A stretch of DNA of 64,000 nt from Candidatus Cloacimonadales bacterium (GTDB lineage: Bacteria; Cloacimonadota; Cloacimonadia; Cloacimonadales; JAFGVF01): positions 288,001 to 352,000 of the forward strand of contig CAXXOU010000004.1 of assembly GCA_963677495.2 (NCBI GenBank), written 5' to 3'. Positions within the stretch are counted from its first letter, which is position 1; each line of letters opens with the position of its first letter. The notes under the pieces are model-generated. The model made no database searches and was not told the origin of the DNA. It saw nothing but the letters and a program-made list of their open reading frames with translations. Shown here in pieces: positions 20,475 through 33,000 of the stretch. A program made the translations under genes and the position numbers.

Positions 20475-21039
20475 TTCATTCCTTAAAATATAGTCGTATC
20501 AGTTTTTACAATTTAAGTTAACAGACAAGTAATTTATATAAAAGGTGCAGAATTTCTTCATCGCCATCACAATCGGAATAGATCAGCACCCCATACTCAC
20601 AAGAAGACTTGTTCGCTTCATTGCAAGTATAAGTAAACGGGCAGGATACGCCAGCCACAGCTCGAAGAGCTGTATGCTCCACGTCAAAACATGATTACAA
20701 TTACTGAAGAACTTTAGTAATTCATACCGATAAACGCCAGTAGAATTGCTTAGCTTCACTAAGCGGACAAGCTGGCAGCATGTCCTACGATTCGACGTGC
20801 AACGCCGATGAATTTCTCTGCTACAGTTCCAATTAGACACCCGTTAGCTCCCCGTTAGAAACACGTTATGGGGGATGGGAATAGGATTGGCTTCAGATGG
20901 TGAAAAGATACAAGAGCAATAACTATTATGAGAGAGCAATCAATCACTCAGTCAACTCCTGTCCACTAAGTCCATTGAAAAGATAAAGCTGAACAGTTAT
21001 ACCCAAAATGAAGATAGTGATAACAGCATCATTATCCTC

Positions 21040-21183
21040 TTATTGCTCTATCATAATAAAGCAGAGAAAACTGCCCGGTTCCTGGGAGTCTCTTGGGGCT
21101 CTCTGGGTGTGGGAGACAAGTGAGTTATCAGAAATGGGGCAGGAGTGGAGTCTGTTGCATCATTTATTATGATAGGGCAATGA
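21040..21183. mobile_element. MITE/REP-like non-coding element with 20-bp inverted ends (copy 1)
   Basis: TTATTGCTCTATCATAATAA / TTATTATGATAGGGCAATGA; interior resembles 55703-55856. Mobility is inferred. Confidence 0.55.
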
Positions 21184-21435
21184 AATGCTGAAGTGCTTGT
21201 TTTATTAGATCGTATCCCTTCAAGGAGTTCTTCAGCACGCAGTTTACGAAGTAAGCAAGGACTTCTTAATGAATCAGACAAGGTAACTGTATTATGTTTG
21301 CTACCCAGAGCAGTCACCGGCACGACCAAAGGGAGTTTGAGGAACCGACTGAAAGGAACTCGTGAGACATCTGTAGAACAATATTTAGCGTACTTCGAAG
21401 TATGTCTTGATGCAATTCTTATCTAAGGATAGCGT

Positions 21436-21466
21436 AAAAAAAGAGGTCACAGAAAGATGACCTCTT
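21436..21466 (-). terminator. Rho-independent terminator
   Basis: A7-GAGGTCA...TGACCTC hairpin downstream of the lipoprotein genes. Confidence 0.7.
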
Positions 21467-21490
21467 AAATCCTATATTACTACTTTGGGA

Positions 21491-22507
21491 TTAGTCATCC
21501 TTCATAGCTCTGCTTACTATACCTAAAATACGTGTTCCATCTGCGGAGAAAGATGCATTCGATACCTTTCCTTTTATGGTCACGTCTGAGAAATCAGCAA
21601 TATTGATAAGATAGTTTTCATTATCATTAGCACTTTGTACAAGCAATTTTGTCTGATCGTAGTTTAAAGTTATTGAACCATAAAGACCGGAGAACGGTTG
21701 CATCTCAAATTCTCTATTTGTTATATCATAAACAGTTAAGTGATACTGGGAACCATAGTTTTCGATTGCATACACTTTCATTAATTCCCAGTTAACTGTC
21801 ATGTCTATAATCTGTTTAGAACTTACATATCCTCTTGTGCCGGTTTCTACATAAACGTAATAGAAGTTAGAGGATATACTGTAGAAGTACTTATTGTCTA
21901 TGGCACAAGCATTAATATCTTGGTTTGTATAGTCAATGTCGTCATTTGCATAAATATACTCAGTCTCTTGTGCTTCAATATCATATCGCATTAGTTCATA
22001 AGTATTATAGATACCTTCAATGATACGTCTCCAATAGAATATGTAGTTACTATCAGCTGAGAAACAAGCATTGTTTTTAGTGAAATCTGTATCATCGATT
22101 GTAATCATCCCTGAACCATCAGAGTTAAACAGATATAGTGTTGAGAGCTCTTGAACAACAAAATGAAGTCTATTAGGACTTGTAGCAACCACATTGTACA
22201 TATCAGGCACAAGTGTTCTATAGTATTCACCCTGGAGGTTCAATGCTTTAATTTCAGAGCCACCACTATTTAGAATGTAATCTTCTCCTGTGGTAGGATC
22301 AATCATAAAGGTATACTCACCATCCGGTTCTTCAATATAAGTTTCTACAGGGCCATTTATAGAGCGGATAGCAACAAAATCTTTATGATTATAAAATGTA
22401 TCATCATCATCGAAAAGGCTGGCACAACCTGAAAGGAGCATGATCATTATAATACTTACAAGTAATCTAAATGTAAAATTCTTTCTAATTATGATACTCA
22501 TACACAA
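21491..22507 (-). CDS. Lipoprotein, probable TolB-like beta-propeller; start uncertain
   Basis: Lipobox LLSGC; repeats like FSADSNYIF and FSADGTRI. Confidence 0.65.
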   Translation of the reverse strand: MCMSIIIRKNFTFRLLVSIIMIMLLSGCASLFDDDDTFYNHKDFVAIRSINGPVETYIEEPDGEYTFMIDPTTGEDYILNSGGSEIKALNLQGEYYRTLVPDMYNVVATSPNRLHFVVQELSTLYLFNSDGSGMITIDDTDFTKNNACFSADSNYIFYWRRIIEGIYNTYELMRYDIEAQETEYIYANDDIDYTNQDINACAIDNKYFYSISSNFYYVYVETGTRGYVSSKQIIDMTVNWELMKVYAIENYGSQYHLTVYDITNREFEMQPFSGLYGSITLNYDQTKLLVQSANDNENYLINIADFSDVTIKGKVSNASFSADGTRILGIVSRAMKDD

Positions 22508-23507
22508 CTCCTAAAATATTTTCACCATTTTCTGTAATGGCAGGTTGGGATAAAAAATCTCTTGTAAGTACAACATCCTCAAAATGCATTAAATCTATAA
22601 GATAGTTATCAATAATTATGTTGTTCCCTTCATTATAAAACTTTGGGAATGATACTCCATCAACCATCTCTTCAATCTCTCTACGATGAAGCTCTTCCCC
22701 AAGAAAAACACCTTCACTAGTTATTAATCTTGCAACAACAAGCTCTTTGCCCGGAGTATAATATGCCAATCGACTAGTTCCAGCATGGTAATCGTAGAAA
22801 GAGATTGTTTCAGTAGTTAAAATTTCGAACTCACCTGATTCTAAATCCAATGCTGCAAGCTTACCAAAGACTGTATTTCTTCCATAATCGTAAAGTTTAC
22901 CTAAAACTAAATTTTCACTAACAGCCTTGCAATGAGTGAATACAAATCGACTATTTTCATAAACAACTCTTTCTTCTTCTGTTTCTATATTACGCGCAAT
23001 TAGCTTTCGTAAGGCTCCTTCACGCTTCTGATAGATAACTTCAGTACCATCAAAATTATAGAATGGCCATAAAATCTTATCATCATTGGAATAATAATCA
23101 GATATCAAAGTACTTGCTCCATCATCTAGTTCTATTGAATAGATTCTGGAATTATCAATGTAGCATATTTTCTCATGATCATCAGACACAGAGAACTCAT
23201 CCGGTTTTGTCCATGGTGCCCTTGTGCCTAAGATGTAGTCCAGTTCATATCCTGACAAAGAGTATTTTCGAAGTCTTGACCCGTCATTCACTAATATACG
23301 GGAAATGTCATCATACCCGTTATCTTTATAGTAAAAGAAGTAACCGGGGCTTTTAATATCAGTAAGCTTTCTATCAACTTCCTGGTCTGAATTCATAATC
23401 AATGCAGAGTAGTTATAATATTGCTCATCATAAGCATCATCATTCCCACAACCTGAAAGGATAAGTAGTAATAGTAATGCCAACAACACTTTCGTAATAG
23501 TCTTCAT
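22485..23507 (-). CDS. Lipoprotein, probable TolB-like beta-propeller
   Basis: MKTITK start after GGGAG; lipobox ILSGC; VSDDHEKI and FDGTEVIY blade-like motifs. Confidence 0.65.
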   Translation of the reverse strand: MKTITKVLLALLLLLILSGCGNDDAYDEQYYNYSALIMNSDQEVDRKLTDIKSPGYFFYYKDNGYDDISRILVNDGSRLRKYSLSGYELDYILGTRAPWTKPDEFSVSDDHEKICYIDNSRIYSIELDDGASTLISDYYSNDDKILWPFYNFDGTEVIYQKREGALRKLIARNIETEEERVVYENSRFVFTHCKAVSENLVLGKLYDYGRNTVFGKLAALDLESGEFEILTTETISFYDYHAGTSRLAYYTPGKELVVARLITSEGVFLGEELHRREIEEMVDGVSFPKFYNEGNNIIIDNYLIDLMHFEDVVLTRDFLSQPAITENGENILGVVYEYHN

Positions 23508-24078
23508 GTCCCTTACTCCCAAGTTTTTAGTTTAAGTATCTTCCTCAATGCTCTTCAAAAGAATATAAGGTAACTATTAATTGATATATTTATAATACAA
23601 AAACTTTTACTGTCAAGAAAGAAATTATCTTCATCATTAGATTCAGAACCCATTTTTTAAAGGGCCAGATTGTATCAAGTGATATGTAGCATAGATCAAA
23701 CAGGTATATATAACTTTGAAAAGTTAGATTCAAACATATCAACATACCTAATTGCAGTGTACAAAACAGAACAAATCTTTCCACCTGTAAGATATGTTTC
23801 TTCATTTGCAAACTATATTCACTTCATGTAATAATTATTATATTTAATCTCATATCGATAAACTCACCAGTGGGGTATTTTAAAAAAAGTGAAATCCCTT
23901 TTGCAAAAAAGAAGCCAATTTTGATGAAACGTGTGTTTAACTAAATAATTTTTGTTTGCTAACCCCTCTAAATAGAAGTATCTAACTTCCACTGATGTCG
24001 TTAACAAAATCTTTATGTTGATAAAAAAACTGAATTTGAAAAGTTGGCGTCCTAAGATTATTACAATAAGGAGAAAGC

Positions 24079-26151
24079 ATGAGTGATTTAAAGCATATCA
24101 GGAATATTGGTATTAGTGCCCATATCGATTCCGGTAAAACTACTCTGACAGAAAGAATCCTGTTCTATACAGGAAGAATACATAAAATCCACGAAGTTCG
24201 CGGTAAAGACGGAGTGGGAGCAACAATGGACTCAATGGAGCTGGAGAAAGAGAGAGGTATCACAATCTCATCTGCAGCTACAAACGTTACCTGGAAAAAC
24301 CACGAAATCAATATTATTGATACACCCGGGCATGTTGACTTCACAATTGAAGTTGAGAATGCTCTACGTGTGCTTGATGGTGCTGTATTAGTACTTTGCT
24401 CAGTTGGTGGTGTTCAATCACAAACAATCACTGTTGAGAGACAGATGAACAGATATAAAGTACCACATTTATGCTTTATCAATAAAATGGACCGTACAGG
24501 TGCTGATCCATATAAAGTGATGAATCAGTTACATGAGAAGCTTGGTAAGAACGCTGTGTTTACTCTTCTTCCTATTGGTGAAGGTGAGAAGTTTGAAGGT
24601 GTTATTGACCTTGTTGCAATGAAAGCTATCTATTACAAAGGCGTAAAAAATGAAGAGATTATCGTAAAAGATATTCCTGCAGAACTGATGGACGAAGCCC
24701 TTAAATATCAGGAAATCCTTATGGAAACTGCTTCTATGTTCTGTGATACATTGATGGAATCATATCTTGAGGGTAATGTTGACGTTGATGTACTTAAAGA
24801 TGCTATCAGAAAAGCAACTATCGCCAGACAGATGGTACCTGTACTTGTAGGCTCAGCTTTCAAAAATATCGGTTCAAGAGCTCTTCTTGACGCTGTTCTT
24901 GACTATCTCCCATCTCCTAGTGATGTTACTAATATCGCTTATGATGTTGATCACCATGATAGAGAGATTGAGATTGAGAGTAAAAGAGATGGTGACGTTG
25001 TTGCAATGGCTTTCAAACTTGAGAACCAACAGTATGGTCAGTTGACTTATCTTCGTGTTTACCAAGGTACTATTAAGAAAGGTATGGATCTAACAAACCT
25101 TGCAACTAAGAAACGCGTTAAAGTTGGAAGACTTGTGAAAATGCATGCAAGTAATATGGAAGAAGTTGAATCAGCAGCTGCAGGTGATATTGCCGGATTC
25201 TTCGGTATTGATTGTGCACTCGGTGATACCTTCATTACCGGTGATGCTCATTTCTCAATGAAGCATTTATATGTACCTGAACCAATTATCTCATTAGCTG
25301 TAGTGCCAAAAGATAAGAAAGCTCAGGACAACATGGCTAAAGCTTTAAATAGATTCAGTAAAGAAGACCCTACATTCAAATCATATTATAACGATGAGTC
25401 AAACGAGACTATCATCTCAGGTATGGGTGAGCTTCATCTTGATGTTTATATCGAAAGAATGAAGAGAGAATACAAATGTGACCTTGAAATAGGTAGACCA
25501 CAGGTTGCTTATAGAGAATCAATCGGCAAAGAGATTAAGTTCGACTACACTCATAAGAAGCAATCAGGTGGACGTGGCCAATTTGCAAGAGTTGCAGGAT
25601 TCTTTAGACCACTTGATGAGGAAGATAGCAGATTTGAAGATAGCATTGTTGGTGGTACAATCCCTGCAACATATATTCCATCATGTGAAAAAGGCTTTAT
25701 GTCAGCACTTGGTAAAGGTGGTTTAGCAGGATTCCCAATCGTACAGGTTGAGATGGAATTAACTGATGGTGCATTCCATGCGGTAGACTCTTCACAAATG
25801 ACATTCGAAATCGCTTCAAGAGCTGCTTTCAGAGAGTATTACCATAAAGCAAAACCTTACCTTATGGAACCTATCATGAAAGTTGAAGTTGAGACTCCAA
25901 ATGAGTTCCGTGGTAATGTAATGGGAAGCATTAATCAGAGACGTGGAATCGTAATCGATACTGATATTGATGAGCAATTCACAAGAATCACTGCTGATGT
26001 ACCTCTTGCTGAAATCTTTGGTTATATTACACAACTTCGTTCTTTAACACAAGGTAAAGCTGAGCTTGCTGTTCAGTTCCATTCTTACAAGAAGATGCCT
26101 AAATCAATAGAAGAAGAAGTCCTTGATGAGATAAGAAGAAATAAAAAGTAA
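24079..26151 (+). CDS. fusA: Elongation factor G, stand-alone
   Basis: [58 protein letters not shown]. Confidence 0.97.
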   Translation: MSDLKHIRNIGISAHIDSGKTTLTERILFYTGRIHKIHEVRGKDGVGATMDSMELEKERGITISSAATNVTWKNHEINIIDTPGHVDFTIEVENALRVLDGAVLVLCSVGGVQSQTITVERQMNRYKVPHLCFINKMDRTGADPYKVMNQLHEKLGKNAVFTLLPIGEGEKFEGVIDLVAMKAIYYKGVKNEEIIVKDIPAELMDEALKYQEILMETASMFCDTLMESYLEGNVDVDVLKDAIRKATIARQMVPVLVGSAFKNIGSRALLDAVLDYLPSPSDVTNIAYDVDHHDREIEIESKRDGDVVAMAFKLENQQYGQLTYLRVYQGTIKKGMDLTNLATKKRVKVGRLVKMHASNMEEVESAAAGDIAGFFGIDCALGDTFITGDAHFSMKHLYVPEPIISLAVVPKDKKAQDNMAKALNRFSKEDPTFKSYYNDESNETIISGMGELHLDVYIERMKREYKCDLEIGRPQVAYRESIGKEIKFDYTHKKQSGGRGQFARVAGFFRPLDEEDSRFEDSIVGGTIPATYIPSCEKGFMSALGKGGLAGFPIVQVEMELTDGAFHAVDSSQMTFEIASRAAFREYYHKAKPYLMEPIMKVEVETPNEFRGNVMGSINQRRGIVIDTDIDEQFTRITADVPLAEIFGYITQLRSLTQGKAELAVQFHSYKKMPKSIEEEVLDEIRRNKK

Positions 26152-26196
26152 TCGTACATACAAAAAAATAGATGTTCATTGGAAAAGGATGGACAT

Positions 26197-26227
26197 AAAG
26201 AGCTGTGAGTTTTTACAGCTCTTTTTT
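26197..26227 (+). terminator. Rho-independent terminator
   Basis: AAAGAGCTGT...ACAGCTCTTTTTT. Confidence 0.85.
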
Positions 26228-26330
26228 ATACTCTCAAGTTTAGGTAATTAGTTTGCTTGACAAAAATATAAACAACTTGCAAAATTTATATTATTAATAA
26301 TACAACTCTCTCTTAGACTAAGGAAAGATT

Positions 26331-29300
26331 ATGAAGCAAACTGATTTATACAATGATGATATAGCACTATTAAAGAGATTCTATGACAATTCTCCTGCTG
26401 CTACAAAAGTACTTAACGATATTGGTGAGATAGTCTACATAAACAAAGCTTATACAGCCATGTGGGGTATCCAGCTTAATGATGTTAAGAAGCTTATAAA
26501 GAATCAAGATTATAAATCAATAAGATCTGTAGTTAATGAGTATATAACAAAAGCTATTAATGGTGAAACAATAGTACTTGATCCTGCTCATTGTGTTAAT
26601 CCCAAAGATTCCAATCAAAGTTATTGGGTAAGAACTTTGATTTTTGCTATTGATAGTTGCATTCAGGGAGTCAAGTTGGTTGTGATAAAGCAGATAGATG
26701 CTACTCATGAAGTGAAAAAAGAGGAACGTGTTAAGTTTAATGAAGAAAGGTTTAAAGCCCTTTATAATCACGCACCGATACCATATCAATCATGCAATGA
26801 CGAGGGAGTGATCATTGATGTTAATCCTGCTTGGTTAGAAACTCTAGGTTATGATTTGGATGAAGTTGTAGGGCATAGTTTTATTGAGTTTGTTCATGCT
26901 GATTACATTGATCAGTATCAGTCTTTGTATCCGGAATTTATGAAACAAGGTTTCTTTAACCATATACTTTTCAAACTTAAGCATAAGCATGGACATTATA
27001 TTGATGTACTATATCAAGGAAGAGTAGGCTATGATACTGTAGGCAAATTCATGCAATCATATTGTGTTTTTCAGGATGTAACACAACAGATTCAAACAGA
27101 AAAGCTTCTCCATGAAGAGGAGAGAAAGAATGCATCGATGCTTTCTAATTTACCGGGACTAGTTTTTCGTTGTAAAGCTGATCAGGAATGGACTATGTTC
27201 TATCTTAGTGAAGGTTGTGAAGCTTTAACAGGATATAAAGCTGAAAAATTGTTACAAAATAAGGAGTTGAGCTATAATTCGATAATCCATCCTAAAGATA
27301 AAGGTAAGGTTAGAGAGATAGTCTCTACTGCAATCACTTCTGAACCTCATTATGAAATTGAATATCGGATTATTACCTGTAAGGGAGCTGTAAAATGGGT
27401 TTGGGAGAAGGGCTTCTGCAATCAAACAAATGATGAAATGATTCTTGAAGGCTTTATAACCGATATAAGTGATAAAGTAACATACAGAAAACAGCTTGAG
27501 AAAGATGAAATTCAATTAATTGCAATTCTTGATACGTTCCCACACTATGTTTGGGTCAAGGATTCTGATGGTATATTTATTGCCTGTAATAGAAAATTCG
27601 AGGATATCTACGGTGCAAAAAGAGAGGAGATAATTGGTAAAACAGATTATGATTTTGTACCCAAAGAAAAAGCAGATTATTATCGTGAAATCGATAACAA
27701 AGCTCTAGAATTAGGTAGTTCTGTGTTAGTTAGAGAAGATGCATATAAAGCTTCAACGAATGAGATAGTAGAGTTTGAAACATTTAAGTCTCCACTAAGA
27801 GACAGTAAAGGAAAGCTAATAGGAGTTCTTGGAGTTGGTACAGATATAACCGATAGGCTTATTGCGCAAGCAGACCTTATTGAGAGTAGGCAACAGATAA
27901 ATGCAATTTTTGATGATCAGGTTACATTTCTTGGTGTAGTAGACCTTGAAGGTAATATTATTGATTGTAATCAAACAAGTCTTGATTTCTTCAAGTGTAG
28001 CCGAGAAGACGTTATAGGTAAAAATCTATTGGACACTCCTTGGAATACATGTTGTATGGAAGAAAGTGAGGATTTCTTCATTAAACTAGATAAAGTTAAG
28101 AAAGGAATCCCTGTAAACTATACAATTAGATTTCTTATAAATTCAGGTGAAGTTCATTTTCATAACATCTCGATTAGACCAATCAAGAATGAGGCAGGTG
28201 AAGTTTATCGATTCTTGGTTGAAGGTATTGATACAACAGAACAAAGGTTAGTAGCAGAACAGCTTCGTCTAAGTGAAAAACGATATATCAAGACACAAGA
28301 ACTTGGTCATGTTGGTAGTTGGGAATTCAATTTAATAACAAAAGAGTTCTGGGGGTCACAAGAGACGAAAAGAATTTATGGACTTGATTCGGAAACAAAT
28401 TGTAATGATGGCAAGCTTGTAAAGTCTACTATAGTTGATACTAAACTCGTAGACAATGCATTGAAAAGTCTAATAGAGAATAATGCACCTTATGATGCAG
28501 TGTTTGAATTAAAACCTCTAGATAGAGATGAGACAAGAAAAGTTCATTCAGTAGCAGAACTAGAAATGGATGACAATGGAATGCCAGTTAAGATTGTTGG
28601 TTCAATACATGATATTACTGAGTTGATTAAAGCTCAAGAAGAGATTAGAAAAACCAAGCAAAGACTAGAATTGGCTACTGATTCAGCTAGTATTGGAATT
28701 TGGGAATTAGACTTAGTCAATGATTTCCTCGTTTGGGATGATAGAATGTTTGAAATTTATGGTGTGGAGAAAAATCAGTTTAAAAACTGCTATAAAGATT
28801 GGGAAAATTCATTACATCCGGAAGACATTGATAAAACAATAACAGCATTTAACCTTGCTCTAAAAACTGGTAAATTTGAAACGGAATTTCGAATTATACG
28901 TAATAAAAATGAAGTTAGACATATTGCAGCTACAGCAACATATATAATGAAAAATGAAAAACCTATAGCAATGATTGGTGCAAATATTGATATCTCAGAA
29001 CAAAAAGCTAATGAGAGGAAAATTGACCTGTACAAGAAGCATTTAGAAACATTAGTTGATGCACGTACAAAGGAGTTGTTAGAAGCAAATAGAGAATTGG
29101 AAAGTTTCTCGTATTCAATCTCACATGACCTTAGAGCACCTCTAAGAGCAATTATTGGTTTCTGTAGCATTCTAAATGAAGGTTATTCTAGTGTCTTAGA
29201 TGAAGAAGGCATAAGATTATTGTCTGTTGTATCTGATAATGCTAAGATTATGAATCAATTGATTTCTGATATTCTGAATCTTTCCAGAATAACCAGGAAA

Positions 29301-29771
29301 GAAATGGTTAAACACAATTGTAATATGAATATAATAATCTCTGAATGCCTTGAAATGCTTAAACGAGAGAACGATATAGATGATTACGAGATTATAATTC
29401 ACGATTTAATTGAAGCAAAATGTGACAAAACGTCAATTCGATTAGTATGGAAAAACCTAATTGAAAATGCAATTAAATATAGCTCGAAATCTAAAGTAAA
29501 AAAGATTGAGATAACATCTTTTAAGGAAGATGATAGAATCATTTATCAGATTCAGGATTGGGGTGCTGGTTTCGATTCTAAATACGTAGACAAATTATTT
29601 GGAGTTTTCCAAAGATTGCATAAAATTGACCAATATCCAGGTACTGGAGTGGGGTTAGCATTATGTAAGAGAGTTATTAACAAACATAATGGGAAAATCA
29701 GAGCAAAAGGTGAGATTAATGCAGGAGCAACTTTCCAGTTCTTTCTTCCGATACTTAGTATAAATGCGTAG
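26331..29771 (+). CDS. Cytoplasmic multi-PAS sensor histidine kinase
   Basis: Multiple PAS/PAC repeats; HisKA SISHDLRAPLR; NLIENAIKY, DWGAGF, GTGVGL; no transmembrane segment seen. Confidence 0.93.
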   Translation: MKQTDLYNDDIALLKRFYDNSPAATKVLNDIGEIVYINKAYTAMWGIQLNDVKKLIKNQDYKSIRSVVNEYITKAINGETIVLDPAHCVNPKDSNQSYWVRTLIFAIDSCIQGVKLVVIKQIDATHEVKKEERVKFNEERFKALYNHAPIPYQSCNDEGVIIDVNPAWLETLGYDLDEVVGHSFIEFVHADYIDQYQSLYPEFMKQGFFNHILFKLKHKHGHYIDVLYQGRVGYDTVGKFMQSYCVFQDVTQQIQTEKLLHEEERKNASMLSNLPGLVFRCKADQEWTMFYLSEGCEALTGYKAEKLLQNKELSYNSIIHPKDKGKVREIVSTAITSEPHYEIEYRIITCKGAVKWVWEKGFCNQTNDEMILEGFITDISDKVTYRKQLEKDEIQLIAILDTFPHYVWVKDSDGIFIACNRKFEDIYGAKREEIIGKTDYDFVPKEKADYYREIDNKALELGSSVLVREDAYKASTNEIVEFETFKSPLRDSKGKLIGVLGVGTDITDRLIAQADLIESRQQINAIFDDQVTFLGVVDLEGNIIDCNQTSLDFFKCSREDVIGKNLLDTPWNTCCMEESEDFFIKLDKVKKGIPVNYTIRFLINSGEVHFHNISIRPIKNEAGEVYRFLVEGIDTTEQRLVAEQLRLSEKRYIKTQELGHVGSWEFNLITKEFWGSQETKRIYGLDSETNCNDGKLVKSTIVDTKLVDNALKSLIENNAPYDAVFELKPLDRDETRKVHSVAELEMDDNGMPVKIVGSIHDITELIKAQEEIRKTKQRLELATDSASIGIWELDLVNDFLVWDDRMFEIYGVEKNQFKNCYKDWENSLHPEDIDKTITAFNLALKTGKFETEFRIIRNKNEVRHIAATATYIMKNEKPIAMIGANIDISEQKANERKIDLYKKHLETLVDARTKELLEANRELESFSYSISHDLRAPLRAIIGFCSILNEGYSSVLDEEGIRLLSVVSDNAKIMNQLISDILNLSRITRKEMVKHNCNMNIIISECLEMLKRENDIDDYEIIIHDLIEAKCDKTSIRLVWKNLIENAIKYSSKSKVKKIEITSFKEDDRIIYQIQDWGAGFDSKYVDKLFGVFQRLHKIDQYPGTGVGLALCKRVINKHNGKIRAKGEINAGATFQFFLPILSINA

Positions 29772-29803
29772 TTGTAAATAAACTTAATTCACAGATTATT
29801 GAT

Positions 29804-29971
29804 ATGAATGTTTTAAAAGGCAAAAATGTATGTACAGTTTCTGAGTTTGCGGTTAATTTATACTTAGGAAGAGAACATCCTGAAATATATCTATGTCCTA
29901 TTAGTGCTATTGGAGAGATTGATAAAGGTGCAACAATAAAGTTCACACTTCCAATAAATAGTATGGGATAA
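29804..29971 (+). pseudogene. Remnant of a histidine kinase C-terminus
   Basis: 55-codon frame ending ISAIGEIDKGATIKFTLPINSMG*, matching the flanking kinases' ends (IRAKGEINAGATFQFFLP; VSASSEEGKGAIFSFTLP). Confidence 0.65.
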
Positions 29972-30093
29972 TATTTTTGTATGTGTTGAAACCTTATATA
30001 TTATAGATAATAACAGTGTATGATAATTTTTCTTAGAAGTTATAATTTGAAAACAGTATTGAAGCTATATGATACATTAAATTAGGAGCTATA

Positions 30094-33000
30094 ATGGCTA
30101 ATGAACTCGGCAATCAACATTTTGAGATGATGTTTGGTCTCTCTCCTATTTCAACTAAAGTTGTAGATAAGGACAAGAGAATTGTTTATGTTAATGATGC
30201 TTATACTAAGATGTGGGGATTAAATCTTGAGAATGCTAAAAAGCTTAAATCTTCCGACATAGCTTCCACGGAAAGATGTAATCTGTATTCATTATATGAT
30301 AGAGTTTTGAATGGAGAAGTTTTAACAACATCTATAATATACTGTAAAGTAGAAGGGATCGTTAAGAAAGACTTATGGGTACAATCTCATCTATATCCAA
30401 TAGTTTCTGATGATATTAATTATATAGTTGTAATTCAGTATGACATCACCAAACGTAAACAAGAAGAGCTTAAGACCCAAGAGAAGAAGGAGATGTTCCA
30501 GGCTCTATATGAAAATGCACCGTTACCATACCAATCGTTAAACGAAAATGGAACATTTAGAGATGTAAATCCAGCTTGGTTAAAGACTTTGGGGTATACT
30601 CGTGAGGAAGTAATTGGCAAATACTATAAAGATTTTCTTCACCCGGATTGGCAGTCTCATTTTGAGAAGAACTTCCCTGCTTTTAAGGCAAAAGGGTATG
30701 TTCATAATGTACAGTTCAAGATTAGACATAAAGATGGTCATTTTCTAGACATATCATTCGAAGGCTGCATTGGTTATAATCCTGATGGCTCATTTAGAGA
30801 AACTTACTGTGTTTTCCAGGATATTACTCAAAGAAACCTGGCTGAATCTAAGTTGCATGAAGCAATAAGGAAGACAAATACCTTAATAAATAATCTTCCG
30901 GGTATTGTTTATCGATGTAATAATACTAAAAGATGGACGATGGAATTTATGAAGGGTGGATGTGAGGATTTAACAGGTTATAAATGCGAGGATATAATTC
31001 AAGATAATGTTATCTCATTTGGTGAATTGATATACCCTGATGATATAGAAAAAGTGTGGAATACTGTTCAAAAAGGAGTCAACAATCATCTAAGGTATGA
31101 AGTTGAGTACAGAATTATCACGAAAAGTGGTGAGATTAAATGGGTTTGGGAACGTGGTGTTTGCGTAGATTACTGTGATAAGAGTGAAAAAAAACTTGAA
31201 GGATTTATTACTGATGTTACTGATCGAGTATTAGCAAGAAAGAGAATTGAGGAAAGTAAAGGTCAGCTAAATACACTTATAAATACACTACCCGATTATA
31301 TATGGTTAAAGAACATTAAAGGTGTTTACTTATCATGTAATAGACTCTTTGAAGAGTTCTTTGGTGCTAAAGAATCTGACATTGTAGGTAATACAGACTA
31401 TGACTTTGTTGACAAAGAATTGGCTGATTTCTTCCGGATGAATGATAAAGTTGCAATGGCAAAGGGAAGCCCTTCTGTGAATGAAGAGGTTGTCGTTAGG
31501 GCTGTTGATGGGGAAAAAGTACTTTTAGAGACTGTAAAAACACCAATGTATGGTGTTGATGGGAATCTTATTGGGGTGCTTGGCATTGGGCATGATATCA
31601 CAGAAAAAAAGCGTATTGAAAATGAGCTTTTGGAGAAAAAAAGGCAGATTCAAGCTATCTTCGATGATCCTTCTACTTTTATTGGTATACTTGATACTAA
31701 AGGCCTTATGATTGATTGTAATAAAATTGCATTAGATTTTATCAATAGAGACATATCTGATGTTTTTGAAGTTCCTTTTGTCGATACCCCATGGTGGATT
31801 AACAATTACGAAGGTAGGAAGAGACTAGCAGAGGCTATTTCAAAGGCTAAGAATGGTTTGTCTGACCATTTTGAGTCTATATTAAAGGGTGCAAAAGGAG
31901 AAAATAAATATATAAATGTCTCTATAAGACCAATCAGAAATCAAGACGGTGAAGTTTATAAACTATTAGCAGAAGGACAAGATGTAACTGAGAAGAGGTT
32001 GATGGAAAAAGCTCTTAATCAAAGTGAAGAGAAGTATAAACGACTGACAGAAAATGCTAAAGATATGATTTATAGAATGTCTATTCCTGAAGGTCGATAT
32101 GAATATGTAAATAAGTCTGCTTTAGAAATCTTCGGAGTTAGTCATCAGGTTTTCTATAATAATCCTCTCACTATTAAAGACTTGATTCATCCTGATTGGA
32201 GAGACTACCTCAAAGAGAGATGGAATGATATAATTAATGGAGTTTTAACTCCAACATATGAATATCAAATCATTACACCTCAGGGTAAAACTAAGTGGAT
32301 ATATCAGAGAAATGTTTATGTGAATGATGATAGTGGAAAGCTGATTGCAATAGAAGGAATTGTCACTGACATAACAGAAATTAAAAAAATCCAAGAAGAG
32401 CTACAAAGAAATCAAGATAGATATAATAAGGCTCAGGCATTAGGTAAAGTCGGTAACTGGGAATACAACCTTCAAGAAGAATCATTTTGGGCATCTGCTG
32501 AGTCCAAGAAGATATATGGGTTTTCAAGGGATTTTGAAAACTTTACAACTGAAGAAGTTGAAAACTGTATACCGGACAGAGTAAACGTGCATCAGGCTCT
32601 GGTTGACTTGATTGAACACAACAAACCATATGATCTTCAGTTTGAAATCATTACTAATGACAATGGTGTTAGCAAGATTATTCATTCGACTGCGGTTTTG
32701 GAGAAAGACCAGAAGGGAAATCCACTTAGAGTAACCGGGCTGATACAAGATGTAACTGAACAGTACTATTCCGACCAAGCGAAACAAGCTTTACATAGAA
32801 GATTGCAGTTAGCAACAAAATCTGCTGGATTAGGGGTCTGGGATTATGATATCTTAAACGATAAGCTATCATGGGATGATAGAGTAAAAGAGATCTATGA
32901 TGTTGATGATACTTTTACATATGATTTTGAGGGATGGAGCAAGTACATTCATGAGGAAGATGTAGCACATGTAGCTACAGATTATTATAAAGCTATTTCC

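Noticed and set aside
20583..21426. Three short ORFs in the 1-kb intergenic region
   Set aside because: No clear RBS, atypical composition, and overlap with repeat elements.
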